A DNA stretch of 63,717 nt, counting the filler, from Choristocarpus tenellus KU-1152 (lineage: Eukaryota > Protista > Phaeophyceae): assembly GCA_964200185.2 (NCBI GenBank). It is 9 parts of 9 records of this genome, joined end to end, with 100 filler letters (N's around TTAATTAATTAA, not from the genome) between each part and the next. Parts side by side here need not be neighbours in the genome. Positions count along the whole stretch, not along the records: positions 1 to 23,264 come from CAXNAD020000255.1; positions 23,365 to 31,703 come from CAXNAD020004838.1; 7 more parts are not named here. One strand, written 5' to 3'. Within the stretch, counting starts at the first letter, position 1. Every line of letters begins with the position of its first letter. Below, piece after piece: positions 14,951-27,046 of this stretch. The notes beneath the pieces are model-generated. The model saw nothing but the letters and a program-made list of their open reading frames with translations, did no database searches and had not been told where the DNA came from. The translations under genes were made by a program, and so were the position numbers.

Positions 14951-15413
14951 TATGCAAAAGAGAGCGACTCTGATAGAGTATTTTGCATTGTGTGGTATGG
15001 ATTTGTTTATTAGCGGAATGAGCACTATCCTCAAGGTGGGGGGTGGTGCCCTCCCTTGTTATCTAATTCATTCGTCATCAAACACGTCAGAAATATGTTT
15101 GAACATTTTTGTGACAGTTACACTATGAAGGGGAATTGTGTGAGGCTCATAACCTATGCAAAAGAGAGCTACTCTGATAGAGTATTTTGCATTATGTGGT
15201 ATGGATTTGTTTATTAGCGGAGTGAGCACTATCCTCAAGGTGGGGGGTGGTGCTCTCCCTTGTTATCTAATTCATTCGTCATCAAACACGTCAGAAATAT
15301 GTTTGAACATTTTTGTGACAGTTAAACTACGTCAGTCACTTACAGGTTCAAATTACATTGCTTCATTCACTTTTACACTATAAACCATATTGACTACTAG
15401 TCTATATTGCACA
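14951..15413 (-). mobile_element. internally deleted copia-family element (full LTR + PBS + partial LTR) with 5-bp TSD
   Basis: 14951-15127 is nearly identical to the first ~177 bp of LTR 15155-15413. PBS GGTTATGAGCCT at 15154-15143. GTTTC flanks both sides (14946-14950, 15414-15418). LTR ends resemble those at 16390 and 21162. Confidence 0.8.
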
Positions 15414-16313
15414 GTTTCATTTGAATTGTTCATCATCGAATCTGCAACTGGCCTTGGGAGAATTAACCTTGGGTGACATGTGTTGGGAAAAGGATTGAAC
15501 CTGAGGAAATGGGTGTGCTCTTCAACAGTGGTACCTGAACCCATTGTGGATACACCTACGTTGCCTGAACTCATTTTTTTCATATGCATACTTTGCTCAA
15601 TGCCCTGAACTTTGAAACTACACAAGATAACATGAATGATCTTTTCCGTGGAATTTCATACCAAGCCATGCAACACTCTAGACGAACAATCCAATCAAAT
15701 ACTTCCTCTGTTCAGAATTAAATGTAATGTAACTTTTGCAGTCCCATTGAAGAAGCAAGATTTTTTTTCACATGTCCATATTTTATTGGTGTATTGTGCA
15801 AACACTAAGAGTTTGCCAATCAAAATCTCAACCAAATTGGGGCAGCCTACACCTACGATTCCATCCCCGAAGCCCTTCAAAACTCCATTTCAACACGATA
15901 CTCTGCCGCATCCACCAGTGCATTCAGTGGAGCCTGCCCGCCTTCTCAGTCTTTTCCTTGCCAAGATCCCCATCTAGAAGACGTTGTCACCCTTGGACCC
16001 CAGCACTTCGCTGCAGACTGTGAATAGACTCTGCCAGACACGCTTTCGTGTGTCCCAGGTTTACACATCAAATGCCTCCATTTAACCTCCACCAGCTCAC
16101 CCCCCTACATCTTCATTTGCTAGATGGAATGAAAGAATCCCAGGTTATTGATGAGAAGGTCAGGTTAGTTAGCTGGCTGGGTCTCTATGACAATGACATC
16201 CCTTGCCACCTCTTCGATTGCCTCCGTGATCCCCCCTTGGTATATGGCTTTGCCCTGTCCTACTGCACAAAGATGGTGTGTCCTTCCAGCCTAGGTATGC
16301 CGGCCTTGATTTC

Positions 16314-16391
16314 CAGGACGACTGATGCATCTACGACTGATGCAGAACGAGTGACATAGTGAACTGACACAGACACGTTCTGATGTGTCTG
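16314..16391 (+). repeat. inverted fragment of the copia LTR abutting the element
   Basis: Aligns as the reverse complement of 16517-16595 with scattered mismatches. Confidence 0.75.
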
Positions 16392-16769
16392 TGCAAAAAG
16401 AGCTGTTCGAACAGAGTTTTTGCTTTATGTGGTTTGAATGAATTTATTGTCGGAGTAAGCACCATCCCTCAAGGTGGGGGGAGGTGCTCTGCCTCGTTAT
16501 CTATTGCGCATGTCAGCAGACATGTCAGAACGTGTCTGTGTCAGTCACACTACATCAGTCGTTCTGCGTCAGTGGTAGCTACGTCGGTCGTCCTGCGTCA
16601 GCCACTTACATTAAACAAAGAGAAACCAACCTGTCGAGATTAGAACCTATTACTCTGGGCGTACAGAAACAAGTGATTGACAATTAAGCACTCAGTCAAC
16701 ATTTTTGTTACATGCTACTGGCTACTAAACACATAAGAAACCTATAGACTACCCAGCCTATATTGCACA
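16390..16769 (-). repeat. 3' LTR of copia element
   Basis: Direct repeat of 21162-21520, adjacent to the PPT. Confidence 0.88.
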
Positions 16770-16807
16770 CTTCCCCATAAGCATGCAGCAAAGTTGCTGA
16801 TAAAAGC

Positions 16808-19800
16808 TCACCCCTGACGTGAAAGCAAGGAATGCACAAAATCCAATGTAAGGCTCTTTCGCAAAGACTTAGTCCAAATGTCGGCCAGTTGTTTTGATAT
16901 TGGAACGTATTCTACGTGGAACAGACCCTGGTCCACGTATTCTCTGGTGCACTTCAGCTTCATGTCCACGTGCCTGGTTCTCCCGTTAAAACCTGTGATG
17001 CTGCCTGCCTGGATAGCACCATGGTTGTTACAGAACCAGGGAGTCTGATCCTGCAATACATTGATCTCCCCCAGAATGCCTTGAAGGAAAAGGCAGTGGT
17101 GCATGCCGTATGCAATTGCTGTCCACTCTTCCTTCAAGCTGGAGAGGGTGACGACGCCTTGAAGCTTGGAGCGCCAGGCAATTGGCAATCCATTGAACAA
17201 TAGTAGGTAGTCCGTGACACTCCTGCGTGTTTGGGATTCGGTGCCCCAGTTGGAATCCCCATACCCCACCAAGAGCTCTCCGTCCCCTCTATCCATATCG
17301 CCAGTCCCCCGACCATACTGAATGTAGATGTCCAGTGCCCCTGCTATGTAGCGTAGAATGTGTTGCAGTCCGTGCCAGTGCCGCATGCATGGAGACACCG
17401 CCCTGAGCCCCAGTTCACGAACGCTGTTGGCCAGGTCCGGGCAAGTCATGCCTGCTATAAACATGAGTTAGCCGAGGATGCTGGACTAGGGTTAGATGGT
17501 GGGATTCAGTTCCTCCTCGTTGTGCCTGGTAGAGAGGTCCATGTCGGAGTCGAGTGGTGTGGATGCCTCCCGCACTTCCGTGGAGTCCATCCCGGCCATG
17601 ATGATGCTCTCCGCGTATAGCTGTTGATCCAGGGTGATGCCGTCCGCACCCACAGTGATGCCCACCTTAATCAGCTTGTCTGGCGTGCCAAGGTCCCACC
17701 CCTCGTATTTCTCTAGCAGTGATGCCCTCATCCGCTGGATCTCCTCCGTGAAGTCCCCGGTGGTGGCAGTGTCGTCCAAGTAGGTGGTGAGGATGGTGAT
17801 GCGTCCGTCTTCACTCTTCCTGAAGTAGAGGCACTCGTCGTGTTGGCTGCTCATCCACCCTTCTGTCAGGATGGTGCCGTGTAGCTCGTTATACCACTCA
17901 TGGCCAACTACTTCAGCCCATAGATTGCTTTCTCTACCTTGACGGTGCAGTCGTCCGGAAGCTCCAGCCAGACATCCTCCTGCAGGTCTGCATTGAGGTA
18001 GGCCTGTGTGAAGTCCAGGGCGTCGATGCTCCAACCTCTGTACGCTGCGACGGATATGATGCATCGTAGTGTGTCATACCCCACCAATGGGCTAAAGGTT
18101 TCGAAGAAGTCCACACCTTCGTTTTGGGTGAAGCCACGGGCCACGAGTCGCGTCTTACAGCGTTCCACCGTCCCGTCCATAGAGCGCTTGATTTTGAAGA
18201 CGAATCGCGTCTTGATCTCCTTCCTCCCTTGGGGCAGGGCCTTGTCACCAAATGTCCCTTTCTACCATTGCTCTGCCATTTCCTTCTCCATGGTCTCCTG
18301 CCACTGCTCTGCATCCGGCCCACTCAAGGCCTCCTTTGTTGTAGATGGCTCGTCTGCACCTGTTGCCTCTTCCCTCATGAGACCCATAAGGTAGTACACG
18401 TCGCCGTTGTTCTGCTGTATGAGAGTTGACACGAAGTGGTTCATGTCTGTGTCTTCACCCCTCCCAGGTCGTACAGCTGGGATGTGTAGTCCACCCGCTG
18501 GCGCTGCTCCAGTCGGGAAGATCCCCACTGTCCAGAGTGTGGGGCCAGGTGCTTGTCCAATATCTGCACTGCCCGATCCATGCGCTGGCGTTGTCCCATC
18601 CTGGGAGAAGTCTGTTGACTTTGGTGAGGTGCTGAGCGCTTTGCATCTTGAGCCCCATGCCCAATGTTTCTGCCTGCGTGCCCAGTCGTGTGTGCCTTGC
18701 TCCCTTTTGTGGAAGCCTCCTCTTCACCTTCGTCATCGATGTTCATGGCATCATCATGCTCCGACTCCCCCAATATGTCCAGCTCTGGCTCCCCCACCAG
18801 TTCCAGCAGTTTGGCTTCAGGTTGAAACTTCACTTGTGCGGAGGTCACCAGCTTACCTTCCTGCGGGATCCACACGTACCAGCACAGGGACACCCTGTCG
18901 TACCCGACGAGGATCCCCCACTTCATGTACGGGTAGAACTTGGCATTGGTACCGCATTGTTGCTTGGTCTGATGCGTGAAGCACTCTGTCCCGAAATTAC
19001 GGAGCCACTTGTAGTTGAACGGCTTGCTGGTCAGGCACTCGCATGGTGTCTCACCGCCCAGGTACTCGTGTGGCATCCCTTTGGTCTTGTATGTGGCGTC
19101 TGCCACCGCAAAGAACCAGAACTCCTCCCCCAGTCCAGCCTGGATCAGCTGGCTGCGTACTGCTTGCATAACCTGTTTAATTGCCCGCTCAGCAATCTCG
19201 TTGCTCTCGGGCGTGCGCGGGGGGGTCTTGCACCATTTCACGCCCCACTCTGTCGGCATGCGCTGGAACCTTGCGCTCCTCCTGAAGTTGCCAGCGCCAT
19301 CACCACTGATGCACCTCACCACCACCCCTTCTTGAGCCATCTCGTCGATGCAGACAGCGGTGGCCGCGGTAGTGACGTACTTGGTACGCAGGCCCATCAC
19401 GCGCTTCTCCTGGCTGGCCTCGTCCACAAACGCCTGAACGTACTTCATGCCTATCAAGTAAGGGTTGAAGGGTTCCTCAGGTCTGTGTGTACCACCTACC
19501 CCACCGTCTTGGGACTGCGGCCGCCCCGTACAAAACTGAGTGCCTCGGACTTGCACACCTTGCATACCTGGCAGTGGAGCTGCGAGGTAATTGTGGCATC
19601 TGCGATGTCCAGGAGGCCGTGTTTCTCCAGTTGGTTGATCGTGAATGGGTTGAGGTGACCAATGATGTTGAGCCAGTTGGAGAGGGAGAGGTGCTGCTGC
19701 TTATTGGCGTAGCTAGCATTGACCATTGCCTGACCCTTCTTCCCCTTTTTCACCTGAAACTGGGCTCGCAGCATCAGGAAGNNNNNNNNNNCCTCCAGAT

Positions 19801-19987
19801 GGATCTTGGCTGCCCCCTTGTTGGGCTGGATGTAGCTCCTCCTGATCCCTGACTCCACGAACTCACCTCCCTTGCACTGCACGCTGCCTGTGCTGAGAAG
19901 CCTGCATGGCAGACCTGGTACCCAGAGCACATCCTGAAGCACAATCGTGGTCGGCGTGCCCGTCTCATCAGTTGCCTCCAGGACCAT
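16808..19987 (-). pseudogene. copia pol (integrase, RT, RNase H), frameshifted
   Basis: IN: WLNIIGHLN..CQVCKVC, FVDEAS, SGDGAGNF, TPPRTPESNEIAER. RT: EPSTTKEALSGPDAEQW, KTRLVARGFTQNEGVDFFETFSP, YLDD. RH: GYGDSNWG, RTRHVD, QLADIWTK. Confidence 0.92.
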
Positions 19988-19999
19988 CTCGCCGGTTGC

Positions 20000-21064
20000 T
20001 CATACGTCCAGTGTACCTTTGTTTCCAAAGGTGCAGGTGTGAGTGACTGCTGTTGCTGCAGTGAGTTCCTGCAGTGAGGGGGTGAGGTGCACGTTTGCAC
20101 CCGAGTTGCACAGGAGGCTGATGGTCTTGGACAGATCTTGAGATGAGGACAGGAGTGCCGCCTCAACCATCCTATTGTACACGTCCTCCCCATCAGACAC
20201 ATTCATGGTCAGGAACATCCGCGATGAGCCCTGGTGATCAGCCTTGCCGCCGCCTCCGCCGCCGATGCTCCGATCCCTGGCTGGTGGCGGTGGAAACTTG
20301 CACGCCGCCCCAAGTCCATGGGAGCGCTTAGCAGGAGGTTTGCCGGCCAAGTATGAGTGGCACTTTTTCCACCTGTGGTTGAATTTGAGACAAAAAGTAC
20401 ATTGTTTCGCACCGAGGCTGCTCCTGGACCCCTGTCTCCCTGTCAGTGTCCCTGCACCGGTATGGAGCGCCATAGCCCCCAAGCTCCTGATCGTTTCCCC
20501 CATGACCTCCATCATCATGTATGAAGAGGACGAGATGATGGCATTTTTGAGTTGGTCGTATGTGAGGTCTGGAGCCGTGGTCAGCTGTGTGAACACCTGT
20601 GGCATGCTGTCCCTGATGCCGACGATCAGAGCCCCCTTCTTGGCGTGGTCCTCCTTGACTGCCTCCAACTGCTCGTACTCCATCCAGATGTGATCGAGAC
20701 GGATGACGAAGTCGGCAGCGTCCTCCACCGATGAGCAGTGCGTGTCCCCCAGCTTCATCTTGAGAGCTATGAGCTGCATGGGCCGCTGCACCGCGGCGCG
20801 CCCCCCATAGATCTGCTCCAACTCGAGCCTGGCTGCCCTCCCATCAGGGCTGCCATTATTTTTGTGGGTGCTGACCACCATCGCTGCGGCCCCCCTCGTG
20901 GCCTGGCCCAGCAAGACGCATAAGGCCTCGCGATGCTTGACATACTCGTCATACGCGCTGTGTTCCCCAAACAATGTATCCACCGTAGGAGATGCAGGGA
21001 TGTGGTACTCCGGTTGGAGGGTGTGATACAGTCCCTTCCCGCCTGCATAGCTCACCAGCACCAT
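20000..21064 (-). pseudogene. copia gag-protease region
   Basis: Zinc knuckle CTFCLKFNHRWKKC (CX2CX4HX4C) and a degenerate protease site CNSGANVH (DSGA-like). Confidence 0.85.
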
Positions 21065-21161
21065 CCACCATTCTGCCCACTACTCCCTTGTATGCCCACG
21101 TGCGCCAGTCGATAGTGGCAGCTTATGTGGGTCCACTTCCATACCTGTGAGGCTGATAACC

Positions 21162-21520
21162 TATGCAAAACGAGCTGTTAGAATAGAGTTTTTGCTTGAT
21201 GTGGTATGAATAAATTATTTAACGAAGTAGGCACCACCCCTCGTTATCTATTGTGCACGTGTCAGTTGCATCACGTCACTTTTTCTGCGTCAGTCGCACT
21301 ACGTCACTCGTTCTGCGTCAGTTGTAGCTACGCCTGTCGTCTTGCGTCCGCCGCTTACAGTAAATAAAGAGAAGCCAGCCTATCGAGATTTGAACCTATT
21401 ACTCTGGGTGTACAGAAACAAGTGATTGACAATTAATCCACTTAGTCAACATTTTCTTCTTACACGCTGTTGGTTACCAAACACATAAGAAACCTATAGA
21501 CTACCAGCCTATATTGCACC
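21162..21520 (-). repeat. 5' LTR of copia element
   Basis: Direct repeat of 16390-16769, followed on the minus strand by the PBS. Confidence 0.88.
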
Positions 21521-22879
21521 TGTGACAATGGTCAAGCCCTCCATTTTCTTGTGTGTGTGCACATCAAAAACTAATTGACTGCCACCACCTCCAACTGTGC
21601 GTCCTCCATTGTGCAGTTCGTCCATTTGTGTGGATCATCAGTCCACTGACATTCTCATCATGTCGTTGAGGAACAACTAGAACAAAGCACACCAGAGGAT
21701 GCTGCTTCAGGGAGGGAAATAGACTTGGTCCTGTGACTGCAACATTCTCAAGAAGACGTATGAGACGGACTCAGAAGAGGTCAAGACTGTCCTGGAGAGT
21801 CCAACATGATAGTGCTTCCTTTAGTGAGTTGATAACTGATCATAGTTAATCCATCCTCCTACTTTTCCAGATTCCCATATTTCTGGTGTACTTTGATCCT
21901 GCTTCCTAAAAAATTTCATCCAGAAAGTTCCTACGTGTGTACCAATACTCTACACCACCTATCCACAGAAACAAGAGTGGTATGGACGGAGGTTGTGCAA
22001 CCTCTTCCATAAATGGGACATAAGATAGGTAACTGGACAGAGTGCCCCATCCGGATGTGCCCTTGCATGGTGAACTCTCAGTCTGAAATATATGGTAACC
22101 TGGAATGAGTTCATCAATGCACACACATACACCTGAGCTGGGAGGAATGTTTGCATGACAAGATGAAAATAGGTGCAATGTTAAATTTCCTTCAACAATT
22201 TCAACAGACACAAAATGTAAACAGATAGCTCTAAGAAACCCACACCTTTGACAACATTTTGAGGATTTGATTTACATTTTTTCCCCAATAACCCCCCCCC
22301 CCTCCCCTACACACAGAGACACATTTACATACGTGTTATGTAGACGTTCTTGGGCCAGTCAACCCTCCATAATCCCTAGTAGGGCACAAAGTAGGTGGTG
22401 ATTGAGAGGATCAAGGGCAAGTAGGGTGAACATAGGCCTAATGATCTAATGACAGACGACTTCGTCGCAGCCAGCTACATTACATGTCCAGGGAGACCAA
22501 CTCTAACTCTCGGCATGATGATATCAATGAGAACGACAATATACGGAGGACTAGAACTAACAAGCACAGAAAATAGGCCAAGGTGAGTCCTCCTACTTCA
22601 ACAGCAACAGATGTATCAGTCTTGCGCCAAGTTCTTGCCAAGAACTGAACAAATGAATGATCAAATACTTCAAGTATACCCAACAGATCTTGAAAAGAAG
22701 GGTGAAAAGAAGGGTGTGTCACAATCTCCTTTTCCTTCAATTCAAATGACAACTCTTGTTCCTTTCCTCTCTCACCCTCTTCACCCTCTTTTGCCCTACT
22801 ACTGCAGCTTGCCAAAAAAGTTTTCCCCCTTTTCAACATCCAATTATATGAAAATGTACATCACTGCATCTGGACATCC

Positions 22880-23264
22880 CTCATAGCTCTCAAGATGAAG
22901 CTGGGGGACACGCACTGCTCATCGGTGGAGGACGCTGCTGACTTCGTCATCCGTCTCGATCACATCTGGATGGAGTACAAGCAGCTGGAGGCAGTCAAGG
23001 AGGACCACGCCAAGAAGGGGGCTCTGATCGTCGGCATCAGGGACAGCATGCCACAGGTGTTCACACAGCTGACCACAGCTCCAGACCTCACATACGACCA
23101 ACTCAAAAATGCCATCATCTCGTCCTCTTCATACATGACGACGGAGGTCATGGGGGAAACGATCAGGAGCTTGGGGGCTATGGCGCTCCATACCGGTGCA
23201 GGGACACTGACAGGGAGACAGGGGTCCAGGAGCAGCCTCGGTGCGAAACAATGTACTTTTTGTC
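22880..23264 (+). mobile_element. second, inverted, near-identical copy of copia gag, running into a gap
   Basis: Encodes MKLGDTHCSSVEDAADFVIRLDHIW...KQCTFC, the reverse complement of ~20388-20773 with few differences. Confidence 0.85.
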
Positions 23265-23364
23265 NNNNNNNNNNNNNNNNNNNNNNNNNNNNNNNNNNNN
23301 NNNNNNNNTTAATTAATTAANNNNNNNNNNNNNNNNNNNNNNNNNNNNNNNNNNNNNNNNNNNN
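23265..23364. other. artificial contig linker (N44-TTAATTAATTAA-N44)
   Basis: Identical 100-bp linkers also at 31704-31803, 42330-42429, 45591-45690, 48890-48989, 52690-52789, 55876-55975 and 59445-59544. The 12-mer puts stops in all six frames. Confidence 0.97.
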
Positions 23365-23408
23365 GTGAAAAACGGACGCCGACACCCCCCCCCCAGATAC
23401 TTTGACCC
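23365..23408. mobile_element. ~45-bp mini-MITE copy (cut by the gap)
   Basis: GTGAAAAACGGACGCCGACAC(C)nAGATACTTTGACCC, the same family as 42478, 48807 and 63649. Confidence 0.65.
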
Positions 23409-24189
23409 TGTGCAGACCTAAACTAAGATATACCAAGACAAATATCTGACTCTACATTTCCTCCATTACTCCACTACTGGTGGTATATATCTTTCCTAAT
23501 CTTCTCCACCGGTGGTGTCTATAGTGTATCAGCAGCACTTTCTACGAACATATATTCCTATTGCCATGTCTTGACCTCGCGCGTATCCTCTCCCGCGCAT
23601 TTGTGCATACTGAAATATATAAATCCTCAGAAATAGAAAACTCCAAACTCACCAGCATGCTGTTAAGGTCCCTATCATGTATATATATGTCGTATAAAGC
23701 CAAGTAATTCCAGTCATTTAAATCCATGGCTCATTTGACCTGTTTTCCTCTCAACCTCGTGCTCACACATGCTTCTTTCCAGTGGTCACACTCACAATCT
23801 TTTGTGCCCCTCTAACGTACGTACCATGTCAATTAATTCCTGTCTCACCTTCCCAGCACCCAAATGGAATAATGCACTCGACAGGTCAATCGACTTTAGT
23901 TCACTTGATGGGAATAACTAATAACTGAACTAAAAAATGAGGTTGTTATTCGATTCTATTTTAAGATCACAATACAACCAGAAGTAGTAAACCAATGAAT
24001 GTGTCAGAGGTGACAGAAACACATATTCGTCACAAGGTGTCACTAGCCACAACTCAAGACACATTTCACTGTTCTGGCTTCGGATCTCCCTGCTGAAAGA
24101 CTTTGGAGGTTTTACCTCGCGTCGTCTCCTCATGCACCCATAGTTGAGTTCAATTTCGTTGCCCAAGAGCTTGGTCGGGAAATGGATGT

Positions 24190-24720
24190 ACTTCATCGAT
24201 CTAGAGAAAGCGTAAGGCTCTGTTGATCGTGATCTCCTGTGGTTTGTGCTTGCCAAATTTAGCATACCTCCAAAGATTTTCTCTGTCATCTGTCAATTCC
24301 ATGATTTTGTAAGGGCATGTGTTCACATGGGATGATGATAGTGAGCGCACATACTGGTTTGAGTTTGGACAGGACCTTTCGGTAGGGGTGTATTCTTCCC
24401 TGAATGCTCTTCAACATCTTCTTCGCCACAGTGTTCAGTGTGGTAGTTCAGGAGTACACCTCTTACACAGCCATCTCCAAGGATCTTGTTGTTATCAAGA
24501 AAGGCCCACAAACAACCGCATCAGAGGAGGAGGAGCACCAGGGAGTGAGGCAACACTTAGCATCTTCTGCAAAGTATGCTTCATGCTGATGATGCAGGCA
24601 TTGGCTCCAACATCCAGACATTCTACGTTGTCTCCCCCTCACACAACTGAATGGCCAAAAACACAATTTCTTGGGAATGATACTCTGGGCCTCCATTAGC
24701 AACACGACGAAATATTCTGT
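24190..24720 (+). mobile_element. RTE-type non-LTR retrotransposon RT remnant
   Basis: FIDLEKA*GSVDRDLLWFVLAKFSIPPKIFSVICQFHD...WFEFGQDL...MLFNIFFATVF...HADDAG, with stops and frameshifts. Confidence 0.82.
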
Positions 24721-25085
24721 GTTCACTGCTGAGATCAGCCAGACGATACACACACTAACACTATATTGTATCTAAGCACATGCAGTGACAATATCACTAT
24801 GAAGTATGATACGACTATTACTATTAGTAATACTAAACTCATTACATTTACAAGTTGAAACGTACAACAGTCCTCACACTTTCCTCTAATATATATGTTC
24901 ATATCTTCTGAAATGTTAATGCCAGTGTTAACCTTGGCCAGGATGAACCTTGTCCAGGATGATGACAGTGCTTGTGAAGGTGGCCAGAACAATCGGTATG
25001 ACTGTATCGGCGTTAATGATCAAGACTATGTGCCGTCCTCCTAATCAGGATGGTAAAACCATGCCGATTCAGGAATTGGACCAGA

Positions 25086-25342
25086 GAGTGAAAGTATCTT
25101 AGAGGCTACGAGTTTGCCCTGTTCGTCCGTTTGAGGCTTTGCTTCCCACTTCTTTTTTTTATATTTTCCTACTCCGAAATGGTTCAGAGGAGGTGAAAAT
25201 GTATACGTTATGAAAAGGTGTGCCTGAAACAAGGATGTTGACATTTCCTAACAAACGCAATAGCCAAAATCACATCCAAATCGCAACATTGAATTTTGGC
25301 CCCCAAATGGACGCGGCTCTACCCTCTAAGATACTTTGACTC
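25086..25342 (+). mobile_element. ~260-bp MITE family A copy
   Basis: TIR GAGTGAAAGTATCTTAGAGG ... CCTCTAAGATACTTTGACTC; TSD AGA. Confidence 0.85.
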
Positions 25343-25531
25343 AGACCTAGAAGAAGACTTAATGAATTTGTTTTGCATTGCGAGAACCATCAGTGATAAC
25401 ACAGCTAGTAACAAAAGTAGTGGCAGTTGGTCTACTACTACTACTACAAACAACTACGACAAAAAAACAAGTTGTCATAATAAAATCGGTCAAGGCAAAG
25501 CATTGATATAAGAGTGGTGTTGGAGAGTAGA

Positions 25532-25773
25532 GAGCCAAAGTATCTTAGAGGGTAGAGCCGCGTCCATTTGGGGGTCAAAATCCAATGTTGCAATTCTGAT
25601 GTAATTTTATCTATCTTGTTTGTTAGCAAGTGTCAATATCTATGTTTCGGACACACCTTTTCACAACGTATACATTTTACCGGGGTAGGAAAATGTCATA
25701 AAAAAAAACATGGGAAGCCAAGCCCCAATGGACAAACAGGGCAAATCTCGTACCCTCTAAGGTACTTTCACTC
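25532..25773 (-). mobile_element. MITE family A copy, inverted relative to 25086-25342
   Basis: Same TIRs and interior in reverse orientation; TSD AGA. Confidence 0.85.
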
Positions 25774-27046
25774 AGAGGGAGGAGGTATCAAGTCCTGGAC
25801 CGACAGTTACTATTTGAAAAAGGACCATTGATTCCTTCTGAACACCATTGTGTGTCTCACCAGACAAACGAAGCAATTCGTTCAGTGGTGATAGTAGTTT
25901 TAGTGGTAATACTATGTGTGTGCAGAGTATGGGACGCGTCCAAGGATGATGAAAATAGTATATTGCATGCCTCCTGCATACACTTCCTGTGGCCCGTAAG
26001 TCTGTGCCGCTAAGTTGTAGTTCTTCGAGATGACCTCCAATTAAAAAACAGATTTTTGCTTTGGATTCCTTACGTTAGCTAATTGTGTCTCGCCTGCACT
26101 CGAGTCCAAACGCTCAGGGACTCTTTTGTCAGATTTCTGCGTTTTGGTGTTGTTGATCTAGCAGAGCAGATGCCTGATCGTAATGAGAAACATCTCTATC
26201 ATGTGCTCAAGAAAATATTCGCATAGACAAGCACATCATATGTATATAGTTGCAACCTCAAGTGGCCTCTGCCATATCTACTACTACTTGAGCCGCTACT
26301 GTTAGCACTACTACTAGCACAACGATTTGTGGATGAATATTGTATGAAGAAGGTGTGGCGGCATTCTGCTGCCAGAAGATTTATTCATTTCCCACTCTTT
26401 TCTTTGTATTTTGTTCGCATGTCTGTGACTTTTTTGTTGTGGACACCACCCCCTATGTTGTCCTCATCCTGTGCTTATTGTTGTGCGGGGTATGTCCACT
26501 CATACCACTGCTAATTCACTTCTATTCTGCTTGGTAAGTATTTCTCCTTTTATATATTTTTTAAGTTGTATGCACGTATATTATGTGCAGTTAGAAATTG
26601 AAGCACCATCACTGCTTCCGGACTTGTGAACAGGACACTGTACTCTGGCATCGTGGTAGAGATAACGAATTGATGAGATGCTTATGTTGTTAATGACCGC
26701 AACACTTTCCTCTAATATATACGTTCTTATCTTCTGAAATGTTGATGTAAGTATTAACACAGTGTTATGAGGGTCTAATATTTATATTATTATGTCCTCT
26801 GACATGTTGTGGATGTGTCATGGAAATATTGTCGAAAGGGTTAAGGAGTTCTTTTTACTTTAGTTTGATAACCCTTTCTTGAGATTAACCTTGTTCTAGA
26901 AGATCTCTTCTATACACATGGAGGGCGTTTGCCGTTATCATACCCATTAGATTGTAGATAGGGTTCATCAGAATAGCGTCTACTCAGCCAAGAGCAAAGC
27001 AGAAATATAAACTACTAACTACCGTAAGCCAACTCGAGAAATAACC

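Larger units (their letters stand above)
16390..21520 (-). mobile_element. Ty1/copia LTR retrotransposon, full-length but decayed
   Basis: LTRs 16390-16769 and 21162-21520. PBS GGTTATCAGCCT at 21161-21150; PPT GGGGAAG at 16776-16770. Domain order gag-PR-IN-RT-RH, with multiple frameshifts and stops. A 10-N gap lies at 19782-19791. Confidence 0.93.

Noticed and set aside
18407-19658. Long plus-strand ORFs (190 aa, 336 aa)
   Set aside because: Antisense shadows of the GC-rich copia pol.
23309-23320. TTAATTAATTAA repeated eight times within N runs
   Set aside because: Artificial six-frame-stop contig linker, not biology. It also prevents any gene-cluster claim across contigs.
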